From contig NC_043008.1 of assembly GCF_006345805.1 (NCBI RefSeq), positions 75,144,001 through 75,208,000 on the forward strand: a DNA stretch of 64,000 bases, read 5' to 3'. This document shows, piece after piece, positions 14,527 to 27,632 of this stretch (the first letter of the stretch is position 1; every line of letters starts with the position of its first letter). Under the pieces are notes generated by a model. It was not told where the DNA came from. It saw only the letters and a list, made by a program, of their open reading frames with translations, and did no database searches. This DNA comes from Octopus sinensis (lineage: Eukaryota). Position numbers and translations under genes: made by a program.

Positions 14527-14932
14527 AATTGACATAAAGACATCAGTTTATTCAAAGATATTCAATTCAACAAAATATGAAATTCTTATTCCTACAGCCG
14601 TTTCCATAGCCAATAAATTCAATTTGAAAAAATTAAATTAAATTAATTTAAAATTTTCATATTGTAACTGGTTAATTAGGTATTTCATCAGGGGAGAATT
14701 TTCCCGAAAGGAGTTACATTTCAACGTGTTAGCCAACCTTTGGAATATAAGTGCTTTCTGGAAAATTCTCCCCTAATTAATTACTCAACCAGTTTCAATT
14801 TGAAAAATTTAAGTTAAATTAATTCAGTTTCTCTAATTGAATTAATTGTCTATGGAAACCGCTAGAGGGATAAGAATTTTATATAATATTGATTTGAATA
14901 TCTTTAAATAAACTGATATCTATATGTCAATT
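14527..14932. repeat. Diverged fold-back (MITE-like) element
   Basis: Outer about 80 bp and inner segments are imperfect reverse complements. The left arm carries CUGAUGA on the minus strand without an intact second half. Confidence 0.7.
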
Positions 14933-14990
14933 GCTCTTTTTTCTCATATATGCCGGGTATTTCTGCTAGTATATATACATACATACATAT

Positions 14991-15060
<70 letters not shown>

Positions 15061-15062
<2 letters not shown>

Positions 15063-16450
15063 TAGCAGAAATACCCGGCATTGCCTGGGATAAAAGAAAT
15101 AATGACATTCAAAAATGCCTTTTAGATCTCTAACATGAAACATATACTACGCAGGTCTTACCTCCTTGCCTCCTAGTAGCTGAGATATCAACTTTATAAG
15201 TTAATAAACCGGCATTCCCCAGGTTATTGAACATAATGAAATTGAAGTATGCCTTTTAAATCTCTAAGTAAAATGAAACATAGATTATACAGTTCTCAAC
15301 AATAATTAGGTGAGGTACAAACTATTAACGTCAATAACATGTTTTATCTGATGTTCACACTGTTAAAATTGTTTTAAAAACGGGTAGTTCTTTGTTTTCG
15401 CAATCACCTTCAATTGTCAGTACTTATTTGAAACACGTTGAACCTGAATATGCATACATTTGATAAGAACCGCCCTGCTGGCGCTCCCCTCCTGTAAATA
15501 AGTACATTTAACAAAAATTCTATCAGATGATGTGAGTAGAAACAAATTCATTGAAACAAATCCGGCAATCAATCACAGTTTAATTATCTAAATATAGCTT
15601 CTAAATATACGATCTTTTGAGTGTGTCCTTTAATTGGTGTATAAATGAAAAGATTTTGGGCACTTCCAAATCGCGAACATCCTACATATAATTGACCATG
15701 AGAGAAGCATGGTGAAGTCCAACAACCTTGAGAGATTGTCCTTGAGACTTGTTTATTGAAATAGCGAAACTTAGTTTCACTGGGGACTGGAACCGTTTAA
15801 ATTCAAAGGGGAGATCATATGGGTTTAACGGGATCAGTGGAATGAAGACATCCTTACTCTTAAAGTTCTCAGTCATAACTGTTGCCACTAGGACATGGGG
15901 TCGCATCACTTTCATCTCCAGTATTGTGCCATTGCACAGACAAGGAGGTTCCAGATTCCTGAGCAGCATCAGTGGGGCCCCCTTTTTAAGCGTTAAATGA
16001 TGAGGTAGCATCCCAGATGACTATAGAGAGTTCAGGAACTCAGTTGGAAAAACCACAGCCTGGTCCTGATGAATGAGTGTCGAGGGATTTGAAAAACTGT
16101 ACTTTTCCGGGCAACAGCTGTAAGAGATTCCATTTGATTTTGTCGACACATCATTACGTGGGGCTAAGATGGCTCGCTCACAGACCCATTGACTGTTGCT
16201 AAAGTTTTGTGCGATGTTTCGGAGCACATACATTATGAGATCATTGACAGGCTTTCTGCACCCCCACCGACTTTGGATGATCATAACTTTCAGAAAAATG
16301 GATATGTTTAATGATATTTTCTACGAATATGTGTTATATCATGTAGATTCTGAATATTCAAAATAATCGGCGTAAAGGGATTTAGGAGGGGGTGGGGAAG
16401 ATTTTCAGCAAACTCACCAGAGTTCACTACAATTCGCCTTAGCTTATTAA
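15061..16450 (-). mobile_element. Helitron 3' remnant (Pif1 helicase fragments and 3' terminus)
   Basis: LKKGAPLMLLRNLEPPCLCNGT...FAISINKSQGQSL and RAILAPRN are Pif1 motifs. The 3' end CCCAGGCAATGCCGGG hairpin plus TATTTCTG-CTAG-T lies at 15089-15061. Confidence 0.88.
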
Positions 16451-17417
16451 TGAAATTGTCGTCCATATTTGTTTCAGTTTCACCGTTTTGTGCGTTAGTC
16501 TAACCATATGTAACCCTTAAATCTAGTCGTAACATTTCGGGGGAAAAAGTTAAGGAGCCGGTGTATTAAGAAGCCTAAATGTAGATTTTTCTGCATATTT
16601 AGAATCTCCGTTGGAGACAAGGTCGGACCGTAGAAAAAAAACCCCACAAGGGGTGGCATGCTTATTCTCACTGTCTTCAGACTCACATATATAATGAAAA
16701 AGATTTCAAACGGGGAATTATTCCGTTCACTATCCTGCTTATTATAGAGATTATGTAACAGATTATACTTCACACCTCTATATTTAACTGTGTGTGTATA
16801 TTCCCTATTTTTGTTTCTGGTGTCTTCTGACTTTCTATTAGAGCCGTTTGCCTGGAAATTTACTTGAGTGAAAAGAAAATTGAATGCAACAGATAAGTCG
16901 TCTTAATAACATATATCTGTGTACCAGACATTTAGCTGTTATTGTTAGTATGAGTTTCCTGGTGAGGAATTCACTTGCCTTCATTGCCTATTGCTTCAGT
17001 AGAAATCTGCGGATGCACAAACGCACGAAACAGAGAAAATGTACTAAATATGGACGACTTGTTCTGAAACACTGTCGAGTGGAGAACAGTTCTCAAAATA
17101 ACTCCCAACTGTTTTCCCCAAAATTCCTATATGCTCAGAATCTACATAGTCCGAAGTATATTTGTAGACAATTTCATTAAAAAATATCCATTTTCCTGAA
17201 AGTTAAGTGAATTCAAGTGGACTCTCCCCACCAAAACTTTGTATATTCGGAATCTACACGATATAACACATATCTGTAGAAAATTACATGAAAAAGTATC
17301 CATTTTTCTGAAAGTTATGATCATCCAAAGTTGTAGTGATGCTCTGTTCACAATTGATCAATTAAATGAAATCTCCGAATGAATTTCTCTCTCTGTTTCT
17401 TTCCCTCTCTCCCGCCG

Positions 17418-17458
<41 letters not shown>

Positions 17459-17647
17459 AGGTATATATGTTGCATTGAGGGGACACATACACACACATAG
17501 GGTATTATATATATATATAACTTAGATATGCTTCGACAAAAGATTGGTCCAGGTCACAAGTATCTATATAGATATATATGTATATATATATGTATATATA
17601 TATATATATATATATACGCGAGAAAAAAGCAACAAGAATGGATAGGT

Positions 17648-17738
17648 TTTTAGTACAATCGTTTCATACAAGGACAGGCTTTATTAAAAGTTGCAAAAAT
17701 TGCAGCATATAAACGTGTCCCGTACTCATCAGCTAAAA
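17648..17738 (-). ncRNA. Type I hammerhead ribozyme, left arm of the fold-back
   Basis: Exact reverse-complement copy of 18617-18707. Confidence 0.8.
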
Positions 17739-18616
17739 TACATGTGAGTTCTCTAGACATCCTAGTGGTTGAGGCTATACTCATGAAGTAATGTAGATAA
17801 TTAAGTAACATAAACAGATTTCCAAAGTTCATTAAAGTTCTTTAAAGATGATGTACAGTCTTATCACAGAATTTTAAAAAAGTTTTAATAGCATCACAGA
17901 GAAGGTGACTTAATCCATAGTGTACATATGAATTTCCAGAGATATGAGGAGGGATTACATACTCACAGACGACAAATTTATCCATTGCTAATCACAACGA
18001 GGTGGGTTTCAATTCCTGCTTATTAGCATTACAGAGAGGGTGAATTAATCCTTTGTATAGATGCACAATTTCCAATGGTGTAGATGTAAATTTCCAGAGA
18101 AATGAAGAGGAATTTCATATTCATAGCTACAGTCTCTTGAAAATAGCAGTAATGTGATTAATGTGGCAAATACCTAATCAAGAATTGATACCCACCTCAT
18201 TGTGTTCAACCATTGATAAATTTATCGCCTGTGAATATGAAATTCCTCTTCATTTCTCTGGAAATTTACATCTACACCATTGGAAATTGTGCATCTATAC
18301 AAAGGATTAATTCACCCTCTCTGTAATGTTAATAAGCAGGAATTGAAACCCACCTCGTTGTGATTAGCAATGGATAAATTTGTCGTCTGTGAGTATGTAA
18401 TCCCTCCTCATATCTCTGGAAATTCATATGTACACTATGGATTAAGTCACCTTCTCTGTGATGATATTAAAACTTTTTTAAAATTCTGTGATAAGACTGT
18501 ACATCATCTTTAAAGAACTTTAATGAACTTTGGAAATCTGTTTATGTTACTTAATTATCTACATTACTTCATGAGTATAGCCTCAACCACTAGGATGTCT
18601 AGAGAACTCACATGTA

Positions 18617-18707
18617 TTTTAGCTGATGAGTACGGGACACGTTTATATGCTGCAATTTTTGCAACTTTTAATAAAGCCTGTCCTTGTATGAAACGATTGT
18701 ACTAAAA
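18617..18707 (+). ncRNA. Type I hammerhead ribozyme, right arm of the fold-back
   Basis: UUUUAG-CUGAUGA-GUAC GGGACA...UGUCC UUGUAU-GAAAC-GAUU-GUA/CUAAAA. Perfect 6-bp stem I, extended stem II, short stem III with a near-palindromic loop. Confidence 0.8.
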
Positions 18708-18853
18708 ACCTATCCATTCTTGTTGCTTTTTTCTCGCTTATAATCACCCCACATTACTGTATTGTTAAAACCGTATAGTTTGTTTTGGTGCATCTAAGTT
18801 AGGTACCATATCAAGTAAATTCATTTAAATTAACTTGAATCTTTATTGCTTTT

Positions 18854-18889
<36 letters not shown>

Positions 18890-18893
18890 TATA

Positions 18894-18938
<45 letters not shown>

Positions 18939-18944
18939 TATATA

Positions 18945-19262
18945 GGCGTAGGAGTGATTGCGTGGTAAGTAGCTTGCTTACGTACCACGTGGTTCCGGGT
19001 TCAGTCCCACTGCGTGGCACCTTGGGCAAGTGTCTTCTACAGTAAGTGGATTTGATAGACGGAAACTGAAAGAAGCCCGTCGTATATATGTATATATATG
19101 TGTGTATGTTTGCGTGTTGTGTTTAACTTAGCGGTTCGGCAAAAGAGACCGGTAGAATAAGTACTAGGCTTACAAAGAATAAGTCCTGGGGGCGAATTGC
19201 TCGACTAAAGGTGGTGCTCCAGCATGGCCACAGTCAAATGGCTGAAACAAGTAAATAAGTAA
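18945..19262 (+). mobile_element. tRNA-derived SINE (octopod-type family)
   Basis: A/B-box head (GGTTCAGTCCC), GGCACCTTGGGCAAGTGTCTTCTAC body, internal (TA/TG)n and GAAACAAGTAAA tail. Confidence 0.85.
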
Positions 19263-19289
19263 ATGAATGAGTATATATATATAAATTTA

Positions 19290-19338
<49 letters not shown>

Positions 19339-19340
<2 letters not shown>

Positions 19341-19568
19341 TCTTTTACTCTTTTACTTGTTTCAGTCATTTGACTGCGGCCATGCTGAAGCACCGCCTTT
19401 AGTCGAGCAAATCGACCCCGGGACTTATTCTTTGTAAGCCCAGTACTTATTCTATCGGTCTCTTTTGCCGAACCGCTAAGTGACGGGGACGTAAACACAC
19501 CAGCATCGGTTGTCAAGGAATGCTAGGGTGACAAACACACACACACACACAAACACCCCCACACACAA

Positions 19569-19623
<55 letters not shown>

Positions 19624-19775
19624 CGACAGGCTTCTTCCGTCTACCAAATCCACTCACCAATCCAAGGCAATGGTCGGCCCGGGGCTATAGCAGGAGACAC
19701 TTGCCCAAGATGCCACTCAGTGGGACTGAACCTGGAACCATGTGGTTGGTTAGCAAGCTACTTACCACACAGCCA
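19339..19775 (-). mobile_element. tRNA-derived SINE, tail-to-tail with the previous copy
   Basis: Reverse complement of the same family. Confidence 0.85.
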
Positions 19776-20003
19776 ATAAATTTGAAATTTATAGAAAAAT
19801 AAAAGACGAAGACAAGTGTATGAACAACAAGCCGGTGTAAAAGTTTGGCGCTCGGGAAAGTGAGAAAGTCTTTTACGTTTCCAGCCTACATTCATCAACA
19901 GAAAGGAATAAGAGAAAATAAACAGGGAGAGAATAAAATGTACATATATATACGTAGACTGAAAGGCAGGTAAAGCAGACAAATATATATATATATATCT
20001 GTG

Positions 20004-20034
<31 letters not shown>

Positions 20035-20539
20035 TGTGTGTGTGTGTTTGTGTGTGTGTATGTATATATATATATATATATATACATGCACACACACACA
20101 CACGCGCACACACACATATATATATATATATACATTTATAGATAGATAGATAGATAGATAGACACTAGATACGCAGTAGATGTAACAGGTAATTCAATAG
20201 ACGGATGTACAGTTGCATATACATACATAAATAAAATGAGAGATACACACATATACTGTCTCAGTTGCGTGAGTTAGTCTTCTCGCTCTAACTATGTCAA
20301 CATACAATATGCAAGTTTAATATTAATGAATATTTGTCCGTGCGTGTGCGTGTCTTTGTTCTTTTCTAGTTTGTTAATGAATTTGTTTGGCTTGTGTGAG
20401 AGTGTGTTCAGGTATTTGCATAGCGTTTATATTCCTGTTACAAATACATAGACTTTGAAACATACATATTCAGCCATACAAACACACACATACACATATA
20501 TGCATACATATATAATGTACAGATATATATGTATATATA

Positions 20540-20592
<53 letters not shown>

Positions 20593-21550
20593 CACAAACA
20601 CATATATAAATATACATATTTATGTGTATAAGTGCATGTGTGAGTGCGTGTGTGGTTAGTTTCCTATAGTTTTACATATATATATATATATATATATGTA
20701 ACTGCGTGTGTGTAGGAACTTATGCATATATGTTTAACAATGTATTTGTTTACATACGTTTCTTTTTCTCAGGAGACTTGCAGTGTATAATTATATCAAA
20801 ATTTCAACTTATTCATGACATACAATTTTGTGCATAATTGATTAGTTAATTTCCCAGGTCTTCAACGAATGCAAGGTTATGCAAATTATACAGACCATTT
20901 CACCATCATTATATGTGTGTGATATAGTTTTCTGCAAGCTATCAGTCTTTAGTTGGGTTGAATATAGGAGCACTTAGTTTCGAGTAAAAATCCCGAATAG
21001 AGTTGAAGCTCCAGTATTTATCTGCCCTATTACCATCTTAAAATCGCCGAGAATAATACACTATATTGTAGGCAAGCAAAAGAAAAATAATGAATCAACA
21101 ACTTTTCGGTTAAACGCGTACAAGACCCTGTTTCAAGATTAAAGTAAAGAAATATTACTCACTGCTCTCATCAGAGACGGTATTCCATAGCATAAATTTA
21201 CGAGTATCACAAAATATGCATGCGAGCAAAATATGCATTCTCGGAAATTTTAAGGTGGTAGTAGGGCATTTGGTGTCTATTTCCACAGTGCGTGGTGATG
21301 CGTGGTGATGTGAAAACCACCCTTGTCTATAATTATAAAATATGTTATATTTCCGCGCTGACCACCTGGTTAAATTGTTACTGATGTTACCCATTAATAT
21401 ATATATATATATATAGTTGCAGTCGAAAGAGCGAAACAAGTAAACGAATGTATATACAGGCTTATATATATATATACAACCCCACCATATATATACATAT
21501 ATATATATACACAACCCCACCATTTATTGATCTATATATATATATTATAT

Positions 21551-21584
<34 letters not shown>

Positions 21585-23499
21585 CTTGTGCATAGATGTG
21601 ATTTGTATCATATATTTCTATAGTGTATATGTATGACTACAGATATAGCTTGCATGTGAGAAGGATGCTGAGAGATGCAACATGAAGAAAGCTCGATAGT
21701 GGAAAAAGTAAAATAGATCTACAAAAGGAAATGCAGTTATATTAAAAGAACGTGTATGAACTAATAAGTATTATTTCCTTATGTTGAAAATGAAAATTCC
21801 TAAAAGTACATTTACCGTTGTTAAAACAACGAATATTTGCTGTTGTTAAACAATGAATAACAGAACGCAATGAAGAATAAATGAAGAATATTAACTGAAA
21901 AAAGACCAAAAGCTGTAATAAAAGAGAATTCTACCACCGAAAATGTTTCTGCACATATTTTCCTCTACCGCCAGTTTCACTACTCAGCATAACAAAGGAG
22001 AACTTGTACCCCTATCACCAAAAATATTACATCTTCCATACACCATCAACCGAATTTCTGTCACACTTAAACAGTTACACCAACTGCTGCTTCCACCTTC
22101 CCACCATATATATTATGGTCGTAAGCAATTAATTTAGCAACGGTGTAAGTAGTTCAAGCAGTGGTGTTTGTAGAGGTGAAGATGTATTTGGTGTCATTGT
22201 TTTTGTTTGTTTCAGTGAGAATGAAAACGACGGCGATGTTAGTGACACTGGTAATTGTGGTAAAAGTTTTCACTCGAATTGAAAAATCTCACTGAAGCAA
22301 TCTGTTTTTAAAATCAACTGCCCTTATCCACTTTTTGATTAAACTAATTACAATAAATTTTTGACGCCCTTAAAATGCTGACGAATATTGCTTTTTCAAT
22401 CAGTAGAAGCTCCCATTTCTGTCCATTCATTTCACTGCATCAAAGAATCGTCACGCGTTCTTTAAATAATTTGCTATTACAATTTAACTATTTTGGATTC
22501 AGATTACTGGCAAATTTGATGTTTATTTTTCATATTGTTTCGATTTATTCATATATTATCCTCTTGCTTTGATACTTCAATAATGTGATTGTTTAACTTT
22601 AGAAGGACTTTGGAGTTTAAGTGTGAGAGATTCGATACAGCCAGTTTGAACATATAAGCAGGTAGAATATTTTGGCTGGATATAACCTGTTTAAACACTA
22701 AAAGGTTAAACAAAGATCTCTTCTCTTACACTGCAAGAAAATAAACTCCACTTCTGTCTACGTTATAAACATTGTTAGTTGAATAGTCATCAAAAATATT
22801 TTCCCATACTCCTTTCAGTCATACTTCTACCGATAAAATAGAGAAAATGGGTGCGTTCAAGTCTATATAGGTTCGTATTTGTTTCTAAGGGACGTATAAT
22901 ATTTCAGTGTGAGTAACATGTCTTGACTTTATGGGCATTAAAGAGTTTATCACACTATGTGAATGTATGTATATGTATGTATGGATGTATGTTTATACGT
23001 ATACATCACTAAGACAAGTGAAGAATTTAAGTGTCTCAGGGTAGTATTCAAAAGTGATGGAATGCAGGAGGCTGAAGTGGATGCTAGAATTACGGGTGCT
23101 TGCACAGTACATCATCCACTCGAGTATTCTATACTCAAGAGAGGAGAGGTTGGTATAAAAAAAGGCAAACTAGCTATTTTCGATTCAGTTTCGCACTTAT
23201 TCTCACCTGTAATCATGACTGCTGGGTAATAACTGAAAAAATACGAACACAAATAAGAGCAGACTAAATGCGGTTTCCGTGAAGGATCGCTGGAGTCATA
23301 TTAATCATAAGGATGTGTAGCTCTGAGGTCAAAGATTCTCTCCAAGTCAAATCACTAAATCTTCTAAGTGAGCAGTCACAATTCCAGGACTACCGATATG
23401 CGATTATACTGTAGCAGGAAAGAACCACAAGACAGATTTTCAAGTCGAGCCAAATGGTGGGAGACCTAAGACTAGTCGAAGAAGTTGGTTGGTTAACAT

Positions 23500-26389
23500 C
23501 TATACTTTCAGTTGGTTACGGTTGGGAAGCTAGCCAGAAAGTATAATGACGGTTGCTTCTTATAGGAGTCTAAGAAGGAAGTATCTAAGATGGTCCTCCC
23601 TGGCATAGTGGGCTGAGAAGATGGAGATACATAGTTATATAGGTATATGATTCGTTATGATTTATTGCCGACCTCTGCTCACCCGGAAACCGGGGAGGTT
23701 CTAGAAAAAGTGAACCAAAAATTGCCTGTCTTTCCATATCTGGTCAGTTTAGCGCGACTGGCGGATGTCCACTCTGCTCTCGAAAAACAAAGAGTCTTTT
23801 ATCTATAAAATCTGGACTGAACTTAAACATTTCATGTTGGAATGTGCGCACTCTGTTAGATAACAAGAGTGATTGCAGGCCTGAAAGACTTTCCAACTGC
23901 ACTTGTTGCTCGTGAGCTGAACCGTTATACAATTGATATAGCTGCACCCTCAGAGACTCGTATAGAAGGTGATGGTTAGCTTGAGGAAGTAGGAGGTGGA
24001 TACACCTTTTTTTGGAAAGTAAGGCAGGAGGAGCGCAGAGAGACTGGTGTTGGCTTTGCAGTCCGATCTGATATCCTCAAGAAGTTGGAAGAGCTCCCTG
24101 TTCCTTTAAATGAACGTATAATGACGCTACGGTTGCACTTGAAAGGTAAGCGGTTGGCTGCTCTAATAAGTGCCTATGCACCTACTTTGACTAGCTGTGA
24201 TGAAGATAAAACAATCTTTTATACCTAACTGAGAGCCATATTTAGAAAAATCCCCAATTCTGATAAAGTCATTCTACTGGGGGATTTTAATGCCAGGGTT
24301 GGAACAGACTGGCAAACATGGAACTCTCTAGGACATTTTGATGCAAATGACAGCAAGAAGCTTTACCATTTTATGAAGCGAGCTTATGGACCTAATAGCC
24401 CCACATCAGCTCCTTTGCTTTCCAAGGAGTCTTCCACTCTGTTTATTAAATCAACAGAAATCACAGGTCGCTGGATCGAACACTTCTCTGAACTCCTAAA
24501 CCATGAGTCAGTTGTGGATGAAACAGTGATTGATACTATGCAACAAAGACCTATCATTGGCTCCCTAGACTCCCCGCCCTCAATAGATAGTAATGACACC
24601 AATAAGTAAATTGAATCTTGGTAGGGCACCTGGAAAGGATGGAATTTGTGCTGAGGTCTTGCGATTTGGTGGTAAATACATCACACAGTCCCTTCATGAA
24701 CTTATTAGTGCAGTCTGGAGGGATGGTGCAATTCCTAAGGACTCGAAGGATGCAATTATTCTTCCTCTGTATAAAGGAAAAGGAGCCAGAACAGTGTGTG
24801 GTAACTACAGAGGTATTGCTCTACTATCAGCTGCTGGCAAGGTTCTGGCAAATATACTTCTTACCCGTCCGAATGGGTGTCTCTTAAATGGTGTCCTATC
24901 TGAATCTCAATGTGGCTTCCGATCTGGTAGAGGGATAATGGATATGATTTTCACAGCAAGACAGATGCAGGAGAAGTGCTATGAGCAGAATATGGATCTT
25001 TTCCAGGTATTCATTGATTTAACAAAGACCTTTGATACTGTAAATAGGGCCTTTCTATGGAAAATACTTGGCAAACGTGAAGGTCCGGATCACTTTGTAT
25101 CTATAATTAAATCATTTCATGATGGGATGGAGGCTTGGGTCAATGTTGGTGGTGCCATGGTGGGACCAATTCTTGTAGAGAATGGTGTCAAGCAGGGTGA
25201 CATCCTTGCCCCCAACTCTCTTTTCTTTGTACTTTGCTGTTGCTTTTAGTCATGCTCTTGCTAAGGTTAGCTCTCTGGGAATATATGTCAGATATCGATC
25301 TTCTGGCCGCCTCTTTAATCTTCGCCGATTTGCTGCCAATTCAAAGGTTTCCCAGTCTATTATTCGTGACCTCCTTTATGCAGATGACTGTGACTTAATC
25401 ACTCATACAGTGGATGACATGCAAATGCTCATGAATTGCATTTCTGCTTCTTGCAGGGCATTTGGACTCAGCATTAGCCTGGACAAGACTGTTGTAATGT
25501 TCCAGCCTGCACCAGGAAATCCATATATGGAACCAGCTATCTTGGTTGAAAGAACAATTCTGAAGGTGGTAGACAAGTTTGTCTACCTGGGCAGCACACT
25601 CAGCCGTTCTTGCTCCCTGGATGAGGAAATATCTTTCAGGTTGCAGAGAGCAACTAATTCCTTCCGGTCTCTTCAGTCTCGTGTCTGGTGCCACATGGCC
25701 TCGCAAAGCGAACAAAAGTTGCTGTGTACCGTGCTTGTGTACTGACATCGATCCTCTACTCATGTGAGACATGGACTCTGTACAAATGTCAGGTAAGGGT
25801 CCTTGAATGCTTTCATCAGAGATGTCTCAGACACATTCTCAATGTTGGCTGGACCTCAAAAATTCCAGATACACAGGTCCGCAGGACAGCTGATATCTTG
25901 AGTATTGAGGCGATGGTGCACAAGCACCAGTTACGTTGGACTGGACACCTAATTAGAATGAAGGATAGCAGGATTCATATGCAAATGCTCTATGGAGAAC
26001 TTGTGAATGGAAGGAGACTCCGGCAGAAACCAAGGCTGCGATTTAAGGACTGTGTCAAGTCCTCATTAAAGGCCTGTGATATGCAGGACACTGACTGAGA
26101 GAACAATGCCTGTTATCGCCACAGATGGAGGAAGCAGGTTAAGGAGGGGATTGACACTTTTGAGAGAGCACGTATCCAGCATGAAGAACTTAAGCGAGCT
26201 GCGCGAAAGCGTACGGCTCGTATAGTGAATGGGGGAAAGCTTGGTCTGCAATGTTTTCAGTCGTGTATGCTTGTCAAGAGCAGGGCTCATTAGCCACCAA
26301 CGGAGCCGCAAATGCAAAATATAAGTTAGTCCTAGAGCGCACAATGTTCCTGAAGGTCGGCAATGGTCTTCCTCGGTCACGAGTGAACG

Positions 26390-26396
<7 letters not shown>
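23500..26396 (+). mobile_element. RTE-clade LINE, degenerate and internally deleted
   Basis: APE (LNISCWNVRTLL, ISAYAPT, LLGDFNARVG) and RT (NYRGIALL, QCGFR, FIDLTKTFD, VKQGDIL, LLYADD). C-terminal HQRCLRHIL/RWTGH. Frameshifts and a large deletion near 24345. The 5' boundary is approximate. Confidence 0.9.
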
Positions 26397-26431
<35 letters not shown>

Positions 26432-26439
26432 CCAACAAT

Positions 26440-26774
26440 TGCTCAGGGTTAATATATTTTTTCGTTGTGTTTCACTTACCTTACTTTAAATGTAGTGGTA
26501 TTTCTTCTTGGAAATATCTTTTAGTGGCTATACCATTAGCGGAGCTATTTTTAGCACTAGAGTGAACCACATAGTGGTCACTCTCTAATATTTATGTATA
26601 AATTTATGTATAGGCGCGGGAGTGGCTGTGTGGTAAGTAGCTTGCTAACCAACCACATGGTTCCGGGTTCAGTCCCACTGTGTGGCATCTTGGGCAAGTG
26701 TCTTCTGCTATAGCCTCGGGCCGACCAATGCCTTGTGAGTGGATTTGGTAGACGGAAACTGAAAGAAGCCTGTC

Positions 26775-26822
<48 letters not shown>

Positions 26823-27507
26823 CTGTGTTTGTCCCCCTAGCATTGCTTGACAACCGATGCTGATGTGTTTACGTCCCCGTCACTTAGCGGTTCGGCAAAA
26901 AGAGACCGATAGAATAAGTACTGGGCTTACAAAGAATAAGTCCCGGGGTCGATTTGCTCGACTAAAGGCGGTGCTCCAGCATGGCCGCAGTCAAATGACT
27001 GAAACAAGTAAAAGAGAGAAAAGAGAAAGAGAAATTTGTATTTTTCCCTTGGTTTTTATGTGCTAAGCCACTTAGTGTTAAATTGATGGTATTATTAAAT
27101 TAATATCAAATTTGTCACCCTCATTTATAAATTTAATTATACTGCAGTAAATATTTGATGCAGTACTCGTTTCCAGTAAGTCATATCGCTCTTTTGGCGG
27201 GGAAATTTGAATCATAACTACGAATACAATCGATTAAACCGCACGTGTATTTGACGCTCGCTGCGACTTAATAAATTGTATTTAAGACAAACCTCTGCTG
27301 AAGATTTATGGATGTTGTGTAAGTAAAATTGCATATTACATTAATAATGAAACAATTGTTCAGGGTTAATCTATTTTTTAATTGTGTTTCACTTACCTTA
27401 CGTTAAATGTAGTGGTATTTCTTTTTGGAAACAACTTTTAGTAGGTATACCATTAGCGGAGCTATTTTTAGCACTAGAGTGAACCACATAGTGGTCACTC
27501 TCTAATA

Positions 27508-27512
<5 letters not shown>
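26440..27512 (+). repeat. Two direct copies of a 155-bp hairpin-ended segment
   Basis: 26440-26595 and 27358-27512 are highly similar. Both end in AGAGTGAACCACATAGTGGTCACTCT-CTAAT. Confidence 0.8.
26613..27030 (+). mobile_element. tRNA-derived SINE, full length
   Basis: GGCGCGGGAGTGGCTGTGTGG head through the GAAACAAGTAAAAGAG tail. Confidence 0.9.
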
Positions 27513-27567
<55 letters not shown>

Positions 27568-27570
27568 TAT

Positions 27571-27632
<62 letters not shown>

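Larger units (their letters stand above)
17618..18737. repeat. 1.12-kb near-perfect fold-back element (506-bp arms, 108-bp spacer)
   Basis: 17618-18123 is the reverse complement of 18232-18737 (two mismatches noticed). The arms contain an imperfect sub-repeat of about 160 bp. The left end abuts (TA)n. Confidence 0.95.

Noticed and set aside
19868-19906. Hammerhead-like motif CUUU-CUGUUGA...GAAAC-GUA-AAAG
   Set aside because: Core A6 is changed and stem II is unpaired. Relic at best.
21150-21400. Possible mariner fragment (FSHHHASPRT)
   Set aside because: Too degenerate to call from one weak motif.
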